From positions 102,177,029-102,241,028 of the forward strand of contig NC_068982.1 in the NCBI RefSeq assembly GCF_001194135.2: 64,000 nt of DNA, read 5' to 3'. The position numbers were made by a program, and so were the translations under genes. The notes under the pieces are model-generated. The model saw only the letters and a list, made by a program, of their open reading frames with translations. It was not told the DNA's origin and ran no database searches. Positions 13,285-25,340 of the stretch are shown here, piece by piece (positions within the stretch are counted from its first letter, which is position 1; each line of letters begins with the position of its first letter). The stretch comes from Octopus bimaculoides (Eukaryota).

Positions 13285-14016
13285 TATATGTCAGGTGAGG
13301 TTTTCAAGGAAAATGAGAACAAGAAGAGATTCTAGCAGTTTAACTTCTAGGGAATATAAATTAACAGAAGTAGCTAGCACAGAACTTTGGAAAAGGGACA
13401 CAAAATGGAAAATTTGAAGAGAAGTGAGACATGTGTAGAATCAGCCTCTCTCTCTCTCTCTCTCTATTGGAGTAGGGGCAAGCTAATTCCCATGAGCAGA
13501 CACCGTGGTACAAGCGATATAAAAGCCAAAGTGACGACATAATTACGTATGGGCCAGAGGATGTAGTTAGTTGGGGTGGCATTATATGTCAATGAGTTGG
13601 ATACTTCTTTTGAATACAGGTCTAGGATTTATGTAAGTATCCTGCCACACGGTTATGAAAGTAAGAGAATAATTACATTGCGGGTATCATCAGAGTTTTG
13701 TATCAAGTTATCAGCTGAGAAAAGGTGAAATATTTTCAGTCAGGAGAGGGTTTATTAGAAGGCTAAACTCAAGGATGCGGTTCTTGTTTATATCATTAAC
13801 AAGATTTCCCGATTTAGATACTGCACAGCAAAATTATCCTGCGCTTAAAGGAAACTACCAATCACACAATTCTAGAAACAACAAAAAATAAGAAACCGCA
13901 AAAACAGCAACAGCAACAACAACAACGACGATGATGATAATGATAATGACAATAATAGTAATAATGATGATGATAATAATAATAATAATGATAATAATAA
14001 TAATAATAATAATAAT

Positions 14017-14502
14017 AAAACAATACCTATTGTCATAGGTGCCCTGGGAATGACAGCGAAACGGGCTGATTACTACCTAGCTGAGATACCAGGAAACCCC
14101 AAAATGGCTGAAGTCCAAAAGATAGTGCTCATGGGAACTGCCCATATCCTACGTAAAATACTGTCTATGTAATCTCAAATTTTAAAGCAAACATAATTTT
14201 CTTATGGTTTCTTAAACATTCACTTGAACAAAACTGTACAAATCCAAATATATGGTACCCTAGGCATAACACCTACATGAACTTCTAACTTGTTGTCTCT
14301 TNNNNNNNNNNNNNNNNNNNNNNNNNNNNNNNNNNNNNNNNNNNNNNNNNNNNNNNNNNNNNNNNNNNNNNNNNNNNNNNNNNNNNNNNNNNNNNNNNNN
14401 NNNNNNNNNNNNNNNNNNNNNNNNNNNNNNNNNNNNNNNNNNNNNNNNNNNNNNNNNNNNNNNNNNNNNNNNNNNNNNNNNNNNNNNNNNNNNNAAACAT
14501 AA

Positions 14503-14504
<2 letters not shown>
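14017..14504 (+). mobile_element. Dong/R4-like element, 3' end (C-terminal 51 codons plus 3' UTR, crossing a gap)
   Basis: Uninterrupted KTIPIVIGALGMTAKRADYYLAEIPGNPKMAEVQKIVLMGTAHILRKILSM* (14017-14172), typical of the RLE C-terminus; ends AAACATAAAA-(TAA)n. Confidence 0.85.
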
Positions 14505-14569
<65 letters not shown>

Positions 14570-14593
14570 GTAATAATAACAACAATAATAATG

Positions 14594-14625
<32 letters not shown>

Positions 14626-14690
14626 CTTGAGGTCTCTGGGTGAGACTTGGATCCAACTTGTACAAATGCAAAACAAAAGTCAAACATAAA
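14626..14690 (+). mobile_element. Second, 65-bp copy of the Dong-like 3' terminus
   Basis: Starts CTT (matching the end of the first copy before the gap) and ends AAACATAAAA-(TAA)n like the first copy. Confidence 0.75.
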
Positions 14691-14720
14691 ATAATAATAA
14701 TAATAATAGTAATGATGATG

Positions 14721-14777
<57 letters not shown>

Positions 14778-15243
14778 GTAATGATGATGATAATAATAAT
14801 AATAATAGTAATAATAACAACAATAATAATGATAATAATAATAATCATTTGGATATTGTCAACAAAACCAATATAGTAAGTGGCTGCTGATCGAAGTATC
14901 TCCCAACAGACGGTAACATATTTCCAAAAGCAATGGAATAATTATCCAAATATAATGATGTGGAAACAGAGATAATTAGAATGTTATGTTTGAAAACAAA
15001 AATGGAATCCCTAAAATATTAGAGAAACATATAGAAAAATATATAATGACAAACATAAAAATATATACTTTTTAATAAATTGTTTTTATTTCTATCGAAA
15101 TATATATGAATATTGGTGACGCTTGCATTGAATTGTTTCGTTTCGTATTAGTTTAATGCTGGAATGACAATTTAATCATCTACTACTTGCGTGTAATATA
15201 TAATTCAAGTTTGTATGTTTTCGTATCTCTCCGTTTAAGAGTG

Positions 15244-15302
<59 letters not shown>

Positions 15303-15514
15303 NNNNNNNNNNNNNNNNNNNNNNNNNNNNNNNNNNNNNNNNNNNNNNNNNNNNNNNNNNNNNNNNNNNNNNNNNNNNNNNNNNNNNNNNNNNNNNNNNN
15401 NNNNNNNNNNNNNNNNNNNNNNNNNNNNNNNNNNNNNNNNNNNNNNNNNNNNNNNNNNNNNNNNNNNNNNNNNNNNNNNNNNNNNNNNNNNNNNNNNNNN
15501 NNNNNNNNNNNNNN

Positions 15515-15575
<61 letters not shown>

Positions 15576-15828
15576 GAGAGAGAGACAGAGAGAATAGAGA
15601 CTGCCATTCTCTGTATAGAATACACTTCGTAGAGCCCAAGGGATTTGAACTTGAGCAGGTAGAGGAGTAAAATATTAGAGGAAGCATGTTAGTTAAGTCG
15701 ATATACAAAAACTGTTAAATACATTTAATCCAAAGAATGTACATATGTATACATATAAAAGAAGTCCGACTTACACAGAATGGAAATGATATAAGGAATT
15801 AGGTGGGATATGAGTAGGAGTTTTACGA

Positions 15829-15922
15829 GTCCAACAGCTGTTTCTGGTGATTTGGTGGTTCAAAATAATCCTTGTAACTTGATTCCATCATCGGATACCA
15901 CAAGCCTCTGTCTTCAAGAAAA
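15829..15922 (-). ncRNA. Degenerate type I hammerhead ribozyme motif (left arm)
   Basis: UUGAAGA (C3>U), long stem II, GAAAC-AGCU-GUU, then GGA pairing with upstream UUC. Confidence 0.5.
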
Positions 15923-16221
15923 AATTTCATATTTGAGGTGTTGACAGAATAGAGATTAAAGATGGAATGATTTTTTGGAGAACTAAGTGTAATAGAAAGA
16001 GGAGCTGGGGGTGTTTAGATAGAAAGTAGTGATTGGAGAAAATAGATTTGGGGGTTAGTGTTAATAATGTTAGTGTTAGTGTTAACACTAATCCCAAAAT
16101 CTAATGCTCCTCCCACTACCCTCTATCTAAACACCCCAACTCCTCATTTTAATATCCTTAGTGCCCCATAAAGTCATTCCATCTTTAATTTCCATTCTGT
16201 CAACACCGCAAATGCAAAATT

Positions 16222-16316
16222 CTTCCCTGAAGACGGAGGCTGCTGGTTTCCGATGATGGAATCGAGTTACAAGCATTATTTTGGACCACCAAGCCACCCA
16301 GAAACAGTTGTTAGAC
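16222..16316 (+). ncRNA. Degenerate type I hammerhead ribozyme motif (right arm)
   Basis: CUGAAGA at 16227, stem II GGCU..UGGU/ACCA..AGCC, GAAAC at 16301, AGUU-GUU; stem I mismatched. Confidence 0.55.
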
Positions 16317-17064
16317 TCGTAAAACTCCTACTCGGCACCACTAATTCCTAATATCATTTCCATTCTGTGCAAATCAGACTTCTTTTATATGTATACATAT
16401 GTACATTGTTTGGATTAAAGGTATTTATCATTTTTTACATTTACACACACATATATATATATGCGTGCTTATGTGTATGTGTGTGGGTGTGTGTGCGTGT
16501 GTGTGCGCGTGTGTGTATGTGTATGTGTACTGATTTACATGAAGCAATAACTTCCAGAACTTAGCATGTAAAAGAAGAGTATACTTCAATTAATGTTAAC
16601 CTAATAGATAAAAAAAGAAACATGCTCATACTCCCAGCTTTCCGTCACCGCTCTTTCGGTTAACTTTGTGCCACTTACTCTGTCGGATGCTTGACTATAT
16701 CTTCGTACAATGCACATACAATGTATTTGAAAATACATTATACGCTTATATTATTTGTTTTTTAAATATCATGCAGCCGTTATTTTAGAAAAAATAGCCG
16801 TTTCGAGGTCACGCTTCCCATATTCTTCCTGGTTCTCATAGCAATAAAATATATCTAAACATCTTCCCAACTTTTATTAATCTTTACATGTTGAATCCAA
16901 CCTCATAAAGGGAAAATCACTATACAACGATTTTTCTCTTAGGAGATTCCTTTGTTGTTTAAACAATATTTTCAAAACATTTATCCGAACAAAACTGCCA
17001 CTTTGAAATGAAGGATTTGGGGGGGGGTGATTTTTTTTACTCTTTTTCGATCAAAAACCAAGGA

Positions 17065-17345
17065 GGATTCATGAATACGATGAGATAACAATCCCTTTTT
17101 GTTTAAGCAATTTCTATTTTGGAACAAAATTTCAATTTCCTCGTTCAAATAAAGGTCACACCACATTTTTTTTTTACCTGAAGGTACTATTTCTATAAGA
17201 TAGTGCTTTATCCTGAACCATCTAAATAATTTCGTATTCGTGCAAAGTTGTCTCTGTTAAGAGCAAACAGATTTTTTTCTTCACAAAGTCGTAGTAATTT
17301 TTGACGTCACTAACAAATGAATATTTATGCTTATACCTGTTTTTT
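17065..17345 (-). mobile_element. Penelope-like element GIY-YIG endonuclease C-terminal relic
   Basis: RYKHKYSF..II*MVQDKALSY..CDLYLNEEIEILFQNRNCLNKK, cf. PLE RYxNHxxSF..W.I..KA..Y..C.LCL.EK..LNKR. Confidence 0.65.
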
Positions 17346-17649
17346 CCCCCTAAAGAGTGTGCAGTTGCTCCAAAACATACTTTGCTTGATTGCTGATAAT
17401 AGTTTTGACTTTAACACTAGATACTATCGACTTTACCAAACAATTTCTACTTCCTACTGTGCAATTCTTCGAATTCGGCAGATGTCCAATTGGAATTTAT
17501 TTGCTTGCTATTTTGCCTCTCTGTTTTATTTAGCATTATATCCCCTCAAATTTCTACAAAGTGAAAAGTTAACTTCAGCAGAGTTCCTAAGTTTGTGTTT
17601 ATAAAATCAAAGAATTTTCCAGCATTTTCAATTCATATATACTGTGTTA

Positions 17650-18057
17650 CTCTGTTACTTGTTTCATCTAATCATTAAACTACGGCAATGCTGGAGCACT
17701 GCCCTAAAGGGCTCTAGTCAAACAAATTGACCCCAGAACTTATTCCTTGTAAGCCTAGTACTTATTCTATCGGTCGCCTTTGCTGAAGCGCCAAGTTACG
17801 GGGATGTAAACACACCAATACTGACTGTCAAGGGATGGTTGGGGGACAAACACAGACACAAACACGCACACAGGCACATATACATATATATACAACAGTC
17901 TTTTTCAGTTTCCGTCTACCAAATGCACCCACAAGACTTTGGTCGGCCTTAGGCTATAGTAGAAAACACTTGCCCAAGGTGCCATGCAGTGGGAATGAAC
18001 CTAGGAACATGTGGTTGGGAAGTAAGCTTCTTACCACATAACCACGCCTGCGCCTAT
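17650..18057 (-). mobile_element. SINE family A, full length
   Basis: Reverse complement colinear with 12860-13284. Confidence 0.92.
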
Positions 18058-18540
18058 ATATGGCGAACGTTCAGTTATTGTTTCTGTGGCCTTGCATAAT
18101 CATGAGTACTTATATTTCCATGGTTGTCAGAACCGACCATATGTTTCCAAATGTTCTACTTGCATAGATAATCATCCCGTACCTTTGACTCTGAAACGAA
18201 AGTTCACATGCGCTCCACCTACCTAAATGCTGTCGAACCAGATTATGTGCTGATGTCTCAAGTACTTATTTAGGTTTCAGTTTTTATCTAATCTTTAAAA
18301 TTCTTTATACGGTGCCTCATGACTCCTTCTTCCAGTGAGAGCTATTTTAACTATAATGGTTGTCAGTGCTGTGTCCAATTCGAATTTCAATGAGATCAAA
18401 AGTCCTGTTGCGCCATTCGAAAGACAGAGATACATCCTTCTCTGTTCACGGGTCTCTGTAATTACTTTATAAATGCTGGCGTCAGTTGGTTGCACGTAAT
18501 CTTATCCTCTATTTTTTAAATCTTTTGGGTCAATGTTTTT

Positions 18541-18773
18541 TTTTTTCTTTACTGCCCACAAGGGGCTACACACAGAGGGGACAAACAAAGAGAGACAAAT
18601 AGATTAAGTCGATGATATCGACCCCAGTGCGTAACTAGTACTTATTTAATCGACCCCGAAAGGATGAAAGGCAAAGTCGACCTCGGCGGAATTTGAACTC
18701 AGAACATAGCGGCAGACGAAATACCGCTAAGCATTTTGCCCGGAGTGCTAACGTTTCTGCCAGCTCGTTGCCT
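18541..18773 (-). mobile_element. SINE family B1, full length (Tx1-like tail)
   Basis: Head GGCAACGAGCTGGCAGAAACG, B-box-like GAGTTCAAATTCC, core GTCGACTTTGCCTTTCATCCTTTCGGGGTCGAT, tail GTAGCCCCTTGTGGGCAGTAAAGAAA. Confidence 0.92.
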
Positions 18774-18963
18774 TAAATGGGTAAATGTTTCTTATCAAGC
18801 GATTTTCTGCTAAAGAAAATATTAACAAAATGCAAATTATTGTTGTTTTGGGGTTTACACGCAAAAATACTTGTACGCACGCTGTAGGTTTTGAGTTGTA
18901 GTTGTTGTCATTGCTGCTGTTGTTGTCAGCTAAATTCCGCTAAACAACAACGATAACAATATC

Positions 18964-18994
<31 letters not shown>

Positions 18995-18996
<2 letters not shown>

Positions 18997-19204
18997 CCTT
19001 TCTACTAGAGGCACAAGGCCTGAAACTCTGAGGAAGGGGACAGTCGATCACATCGACTCCAGTACTCAACTGCTACATATATCGACTCCGAAAGGATGAA
19101 AGGCAAAGTCGACCACGGCGGAATTTGAACTCAGAACGTAAAGACGGACAAAATGCCGTTAAGCATTTTGTCCAGCAAACTAACGATTCTGCCAGCTCGC
19201 TGTC

Positions 19205-19205
<1 letters not shown>
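18995..19205 (-). mobile_element. SINE family B2, full length, inside an (AAT)n array
   Basis: Same head and core as B1, different tail GGCCTTGTGCCTCTAGTAGAAAGG; (AAT)n on both sides. Confidence 0.9.
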
Positions 19206-19278
<73 letters not shown>

Positions 19279-20099
19279 CATTATTATTATCATCATCATC
19301 ATCATCGTTGTCGTCATCATCATTATTATTATAAAAGTTTATATGGCAAGTTTTGATATTGACATATTATTACTCTGAAATAATCAAATTATGCATTATA
19401 AATTAGATTGCATCAAATCAGTTGTGAATTTCATTATATACTCCACGTCATGTTTTAAGAGGTTAACATAATGGGAAGTAGATTTAAAGAAAAATTATTG
19501 ATAGATATGCAAACGAGTGTAAGTTTGTATATTTCCGTATACAAAGAGCCTGGATGCTCGCGATTTCCTTCCCAATGTCAGAATTTGTTCAAATCTTCTT
19601 CTCTGATGTAGTTTGGCATGCAAATGACGAAAATCATATTCCTTTTTTTGTAGAAATTGCTAACAACAAAGTTATAACCCTTTGAACGTGTGAAAATTTA
19701 ACCAATCGAGAGCCTCCATCATCGACATACCGGAAATTGTAATTTCCATGTGTTAACGATAAGAAAATGAAAACATTATGAAGCCTTGAAAGAATTTTTT
19801 TGCTTAAAAGGAATTTAATGAAAGAAAATTATGAATGTTTCGAATATGAAAAAAAAATTTAATGAATTACTATGAAAATGTTATACAACCTTTAAATATG
19901 GAAGGTAGAAAGAAAGAAAGAAAGAAAGAAAGAAATAAAGAAAGTAAGAAAGAAAGAAAGTCAATAACAATGAATAGTTATTATGCACGCCAACATTTTT
20001 TCAAAACAGTTGCACTCTTCATACCTTCGGCGCCGCATGAAGTCGCAGAGATGGTAGAATGATTACTGCCACAACGCTGCTTACTTCCACGCTCGAGAC

Positions 20100-20460
20100 T
20101 GGGCCCTTCGTTTCCTAGTTGTTGCGTGTGGGCCTTCTTTCTTGCGCATAGGCAATCTCAAGGTTATGGTTCACCGTTCTGTGAAGAAACGTGTATCCCA
20201 GTATCTCTGATGTGTGCGAGTATACCCGTCGCTGTATATAGTTGTTTCCGGCAGAACCGACCGTCGAATGGGTTTTACGATTGTAACAAGGTACAGTTTA
20301 TAGGAATACCTCTTTTGTTTTGAGACAGAGCACCAAAACCCTAGCAATTTCCTGTTGTTATCATCCCCGGTTGAATTTTCTTCTCGAGAACAATGTTCCG
20401 TTAGTTTTGAAAACTGTTTCTTGACCACCCGTCTTTAAAAGTTTGCACATACCTCGCAGA
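20100..20460 (-). mobile_element. Merlin (IS1595/ISXO2-like) DDE transposase relic
   Basis: TLFSRRKFNRG, RSVLPETTIYSDG, HRTVNH, AHTQ, all Merlin signature motifs, frameshifted. Confidence 0.8.
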
Positions 20461-21423
20461 CGCTGTTGCTGTAATCAATAACTATATTTCTGTTAATTTT
20501 CAATTCTGCCACACAGAACTGAATAATGGTCAGATCCTCGACCCAGAAATATAGAAACATATATAGAAATATAGAATGCCACCACCTTCAAACCATGCTA
20601 CCTTTCTCACAGAGGAAATTTATTTTTTCAGTAGCGTCAATAGACGTTGCCATGAACTACTTGCATGTTTATGGGTTGTTTTGAAATTCTTCTCCGGTAC
20701 CACTCCTTTGACTTCAAAAAAATTACTGCATCATACTCCGTCTTCACATTATCACACATATCCCCAAAATTCATTCCAAAAATGTTCATTTGTAAAATTT
20801 TTAAAAAAAAGCAGAAAAAGGAATTACGACTTTCTGCACAGGTGCAAATACCAAGCTAAAGAAAAATGAATAACTACAGGAAGTAGATAGCAAAGGATTA
20901 CTGTTCATGTTTTGCACTGAAAGCAAATAACAAATTTATTGCCAAACGACTAGAGCGACTTCCGGTATGTGGCTAAAATTTCAAACATTCAAGTTTGTAT
21001 CTTTTATTCAAAAATTCTATGGAGATGAATGTGATTTTCGTCATTAGCATGAAAACTTACATCTGTGTAAGTAATTTTTAAAAATATTCTGACCGTGCGA
21101 AGAAAACTGTAAATCCCCTAGAACTCCAACTTTGAAAAATAAGTGAGGAAGCTTAAAAGAAGAAAAATGTATGCATACTATTTTAAAATAATGCATGCGC
21201 ATTGTGTGTGTGCGCGCGCGCGAGTGTCCGCGCGTGTGCATTTGTATGTGTATGTTCCTATGTATGTATGCTTAAATATATATATATTTATATGTGTTCA
21301 AGTTTAACATTTTCAACCATGTAAAACGTGTAGACATAGCAGGTATATATCGTAGAGAGAGAGAAAGAAGAGAAAAGATAAGAGACGTAGGCGGAGAAAG
21401 TGGGACAGAGAGACAGAGAGACA

Positions 21424-21463
<40 letters not shown>

Positions 21464-22139
21464 AGAAGAAAAATGTCAGGATGTTGTCGATTTTAACTTG
21501 TAGTTGACACTTTTGAGTTATGCTGTCATGTGACCACACTCCTCTCATATAAACACATCTGAATCTGCACGTTTCACTTACCAACTTTGAGTTTAATCAA
21601 CTTCTAGCATAAAACTACAAGCAGGTTTCTTTAAATGATCTTAACGTATTGAAAGTAGCGCCATCACTTTAAACATCATATTAATATGCAATATATTTCG
21701 TAATATAATCCAGGCATGAGCTATATATACGTGTTGAGATTCATTAAAAGCAATCTTAAAATTGGTGCGTGTTATTATAAATGTGAGGATGTCTTTCTCC
21801 TATGCTGAGATCATATGAACAGACATGGAAGTGAGATGTAAGACGTTCACCTTACAATCATGGGGTACAGAGTTTGATCTCATTGAGCAACATGTTCGTC
21901 ATGTTTGTTTGTATTATTTTTTTTTTTTGAGAAAGAGTTTGATTCTGTAGCTTCCACACACCCTTCTATATCCCAGATCATCAACGTAGTTAACGTTCCT
22001 CATGAACAGTTGCAAGTCGACTGCTGCAAAAAAGACATGTTCAGCGATGAACTCCAGAGGGTTCCAGGGAATAAATTACTGTGTGTATGGGTTAGTCAGG
22101 GTCCTGTGATCTTGGACACAATTTATCATTCCGTATATG

Positions 22140-22670
22140 TGAATCTTAATCTTCGACTTAGTTCCTACTGCGTAGTTGACCTGTACATCGGGCAACAAGA
22201 CATTTCCAATCATCCACTCTCCTGCATCTTCCTAGATGATACTAAGCTGATTTAGGTCTTCTTCGTAGACGACGCGACATATCTCCTTGGGCCTCTCCCC
22301 TCCTTCATCCCTCTGGTGTTACACATTGCATAAACTGTCTTGGGTATTTTCCTCCTTGGAAGTATAACAATTTTATCCTCCACAATTCCCTGCAGTCTGT
22401 GCAGATTGATTTTTTTCGGGACATCAGAGTTTCTAATTGTCCTTGTTAGTGATCTAGAATGTTCTTTGTCGACACATTTAGTGGAATTCATTCAAGTTCT
22501 GAGTGATCGGTGCAGTCATTTTCCAAGCTACACCCGCGTCAGTTGTAGTTCGCAGAACAATGCTCTGGTGCACCAAGAACTTCATATGGTAGCTAATGAA
22601 AGTACTGGTTCAGATTTTGTTTATATTCCTGAACACTTCCTCTGCACGCTCAGTTCTGTAGCTGATATCT
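22140..22670 (-). mobile_element. RTE-clade LINE 3' end relic
   Basis: AWKMTAPITQNLNEFH..LQGIVED..VILPRRKIPKT..GERPK..YEEDL, then an RTE-like 3' UTR ending GGAACTAAGTCGAAG. Confidence 0.7.
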
Positions 22671-23190
22671 GACTCAGCATCTTTCGTTCTAGCAATAATG
22701 CTATATGCGTATGCGTGCATGTAAATACTCATTAATGTGTATTAATGAATATTTATATGTGAAACATCACTTGCGTATTAATACGAGTGCCTATGATGAT
22801 GCCTTTCGTTTATAAATCTACTCCCTTTTATCCAGCATTTGTTCGTCCCATGATTGTCCGTCCAGCATTCCGTTTGTGATATTTCTTTTCTCTACGGCTA
22901 AAGGATATGATTGTGTGTAAGATTAGGCTGTCATCTCTATCAGCGGTCTTTTCTCAACGGCTTCTCTATGGACATTTATATATCGATGAGTACGTGGAAT
23001 GAAGACAAAACACAGTTGAGTAAATATATCCATATGTAGACATCTAAGTGTTTACATATTGCAGTTTGCAGATACTTGATTGAGAGTTTTGTCTACATTT
23101 TATGTGTAAACAATATTCATACCGTTTGAAACTTAAGTTAAATGTTATTTATATTTTTTGTGTGTTTACTTCATCTACTCTATAATATAA

Positions 23191-23242
<52 letters not shown>

Positions 23243-23894
23243 ACACATATATATATATACATATATACTTATATATATTTACACACACACACACACATAT
23301 ATATTTATATATTGTTGTACTTGGCGGTGGTCATTTTTTTTTGCCAAATATATGGATATGTATAAACATATACACACACACACATACATGTATATTTATA
23401 TATATGTATGTATGTATGCATGTATGTATGTATCATGTTACTTTCAGTTTGTATTTCACTATTGTCTTTTCTGAAACATTCTGACAAAAATAACAAAAAA
23501 TTCCATCTTGTATGGTGACAAAGTGATGGATTTTATGAAAGAGCAGTCTCGATAAAATCTTCTTTGAGTATGTACACTAAAAAGATTATCTGAATTCGAA
23601 AGAATCTAAACGAAAATAATTTTGTCTATAATAACATTATGATATTTTTACTTATCGTAAGACAAATGGATGTGGTAGTGACAATGAAAAAAATGACATG
23701 TATATATTTTAGAATAAACAATATGTTACTACTCCTCGCCACTACACTTAACAAGAAAGACAGTTAGTAACACAATAGTTATATATGATAAATGATATGT
23801 CAAGCATGGGTCGTAAAACGAAATGGAATGCATGGAATTTAACGCAGTAGTACACTACGATTCTCTCTCTTTTTATGCATATATATATTCTTTT

Positions 23895-24078
23895 ATTCTT
23901 TTAGTTGTTTCAGTCATCTGACTGTGGCCATGCTGGAGCACCGCAAGGTGCTTTTTATCGAAGTATTCGACTCCAGAACTTATTTTTTGTGAACCTAGCA
24001 CTTATTCTATCACCCACTTTTACTGACCTGCTATGTTACGGGGACATAAACACACCAATACCGATTGTCAAACACAAA
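23895..24078 (-). mobile_element. SINE family A, 3' half
   Basis: Matches the SINE A tail; ends at (TA)n. Confidence 0.85.
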
Positions 24079-24079
24079 C

Positions 24080-24111
<32 letters not shown>

Positions 24112-24151
24112 GCGTAGTATATGTAGATACGTATAATGCATATATATATAT

Positions 24152-24197
<46 letters not shown>

Positions 24198-24231
24198 TAA
24201 TATGTATAAAATTATATATAACGTGCAGATA

Positions 24232-24449
24232 TATATGTGTACGAAAAGTTCCTGGCTTTAAGGGTATTTCAAAAAGCTTGGTTGCAGGCCCTCCTTTCCG
24301 AGTTCTTTTTCAAGACTTAGAAAAACTGAAGGGTTGCTACTATAAGTGTGTGAATTTCAGAGGCGAATATGTTGAATATAATGATAATCAACTGATCGTC
24401 CTGTAGTTCTGTTACTCAACCCAGGAACTTTACAGAACCCTCTCGAATA
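24232..24449 (+). mobile_element. Mariner-derived MITE
   Basis: Terminal inverted AAAGTTCCTGG/CCAGGAACTTT; internal YKCVNFRGEYVE resembles the mariner C-terminus W.KC...GEYVE. Confidence 0.7.
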
Positions 24450-24655
24450 TGTAATTGCGCGTGAGCGTGTCTGTACGTACACATGCATGCACATGCACAC
24501 ACACATACACTCACATGTATGTATGTATGTATGTATGTATGTATGTATGTATGTATGTACGTGCGTATGAATGTATGTATTTTGTATGCATTATGTATGT
24601 ATGTATGTATGTATGTATGTATGCATGTATGAATGTATGTATGTATGTATGTATG

Positions 24656-24746
<91 letters not shown>

Positions 24747-25214
24747 GATCGTTGCAGCCATCAGACAAGTGTGAAATGCAATCAAGCGAAAGAAAGTACT
24801 CAGTACTGTCAAGCAGAATGAAAAAATAAAATATTATTTATTTAATACTAAGTTGCAACCAGAAGATTCTCCTTAGTTCCTTGCCGTTCTCCTACTGAAA
24901 TAGTTGCTTTAAGTAATATGTAGAATATATCCACATACATGCGAGCACACACATGCATACGTACAAATTTGTTTAAAGTCTGTAAATTGTGTTTAAGGGA
25001 ATCGCTCGCTATCCTCCGCTACTACAACCGCTCACTACTCAATAGATCTTGTGATGGTCAGTGCTACTGTTTGTGGTCTGGGTGGAGGTGGGTGGGGCAG
25101 GGGAATGGTATCAATGAGGAGAGGAGGTAGGAGGAAAAAGAGTAAGTAGGTGTCACATGAAGAGAGGGAGTTGAGCCCATGTGATGCGAAAGAGCGAAGA
25201 GGGAAGATTAATAC

Positions 25215-25340
25215 CTGTTCACAACGAAGGCAGGAGTCCGGATGGTCCCTGTCCAAAGACAGTCAGAACACAGACATATGTTGTAGTGAACGATCGGTAG
25301 AGCGGAAATGGCGCGAGACCGCGGTACGGTATGGCTTGCT
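25215..25340 (-). promoter_or_regulatory. Candidate promoter or non-coding first exon (weak)
   Basis: 8 CpGs in 25291-25328; YY1-like CGCCATTT and ETS-like TTCCG on the minus strand; donor-like CAG|GTATT at 25215/25214 followed by a pyrimidine-rich tract. Confidence 0.3.

Larger units (their letters stand above)
13935..14846. repeat. (AAT)n arrays surrounding Dong-like 3' ends
   Basis: Arrays at about 13935-14016, 14505-14625 and 14691-14846. Confidence 0.95.
15707..16436. repeat. About 730-bp imperfect palindrome, probably an inverted pair of Penelope pseudo-LTRs
   Basis: Arms of about 365 bp align as reverse complements throughout; centre AGTGTTAACACT at about 16078-16089. Confidence 0.9.

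Noticed and set aside
14220-14876. Poly-Ile/Leu/Tyr ORFs, and the many (MYVC)n, (HT)n, (SL)n ORFs elsewhere
   Set aside because: Translations of microsatellites, with no coding evidence
18295-18495. ORF with NGATG, vaguely like a cadherin repeat or PIF1 helicase
   Set aside because: No diagnostic motifs (DxNDNxP, LDxE, helicase motifs), no flanking continuation and no clear splice sites
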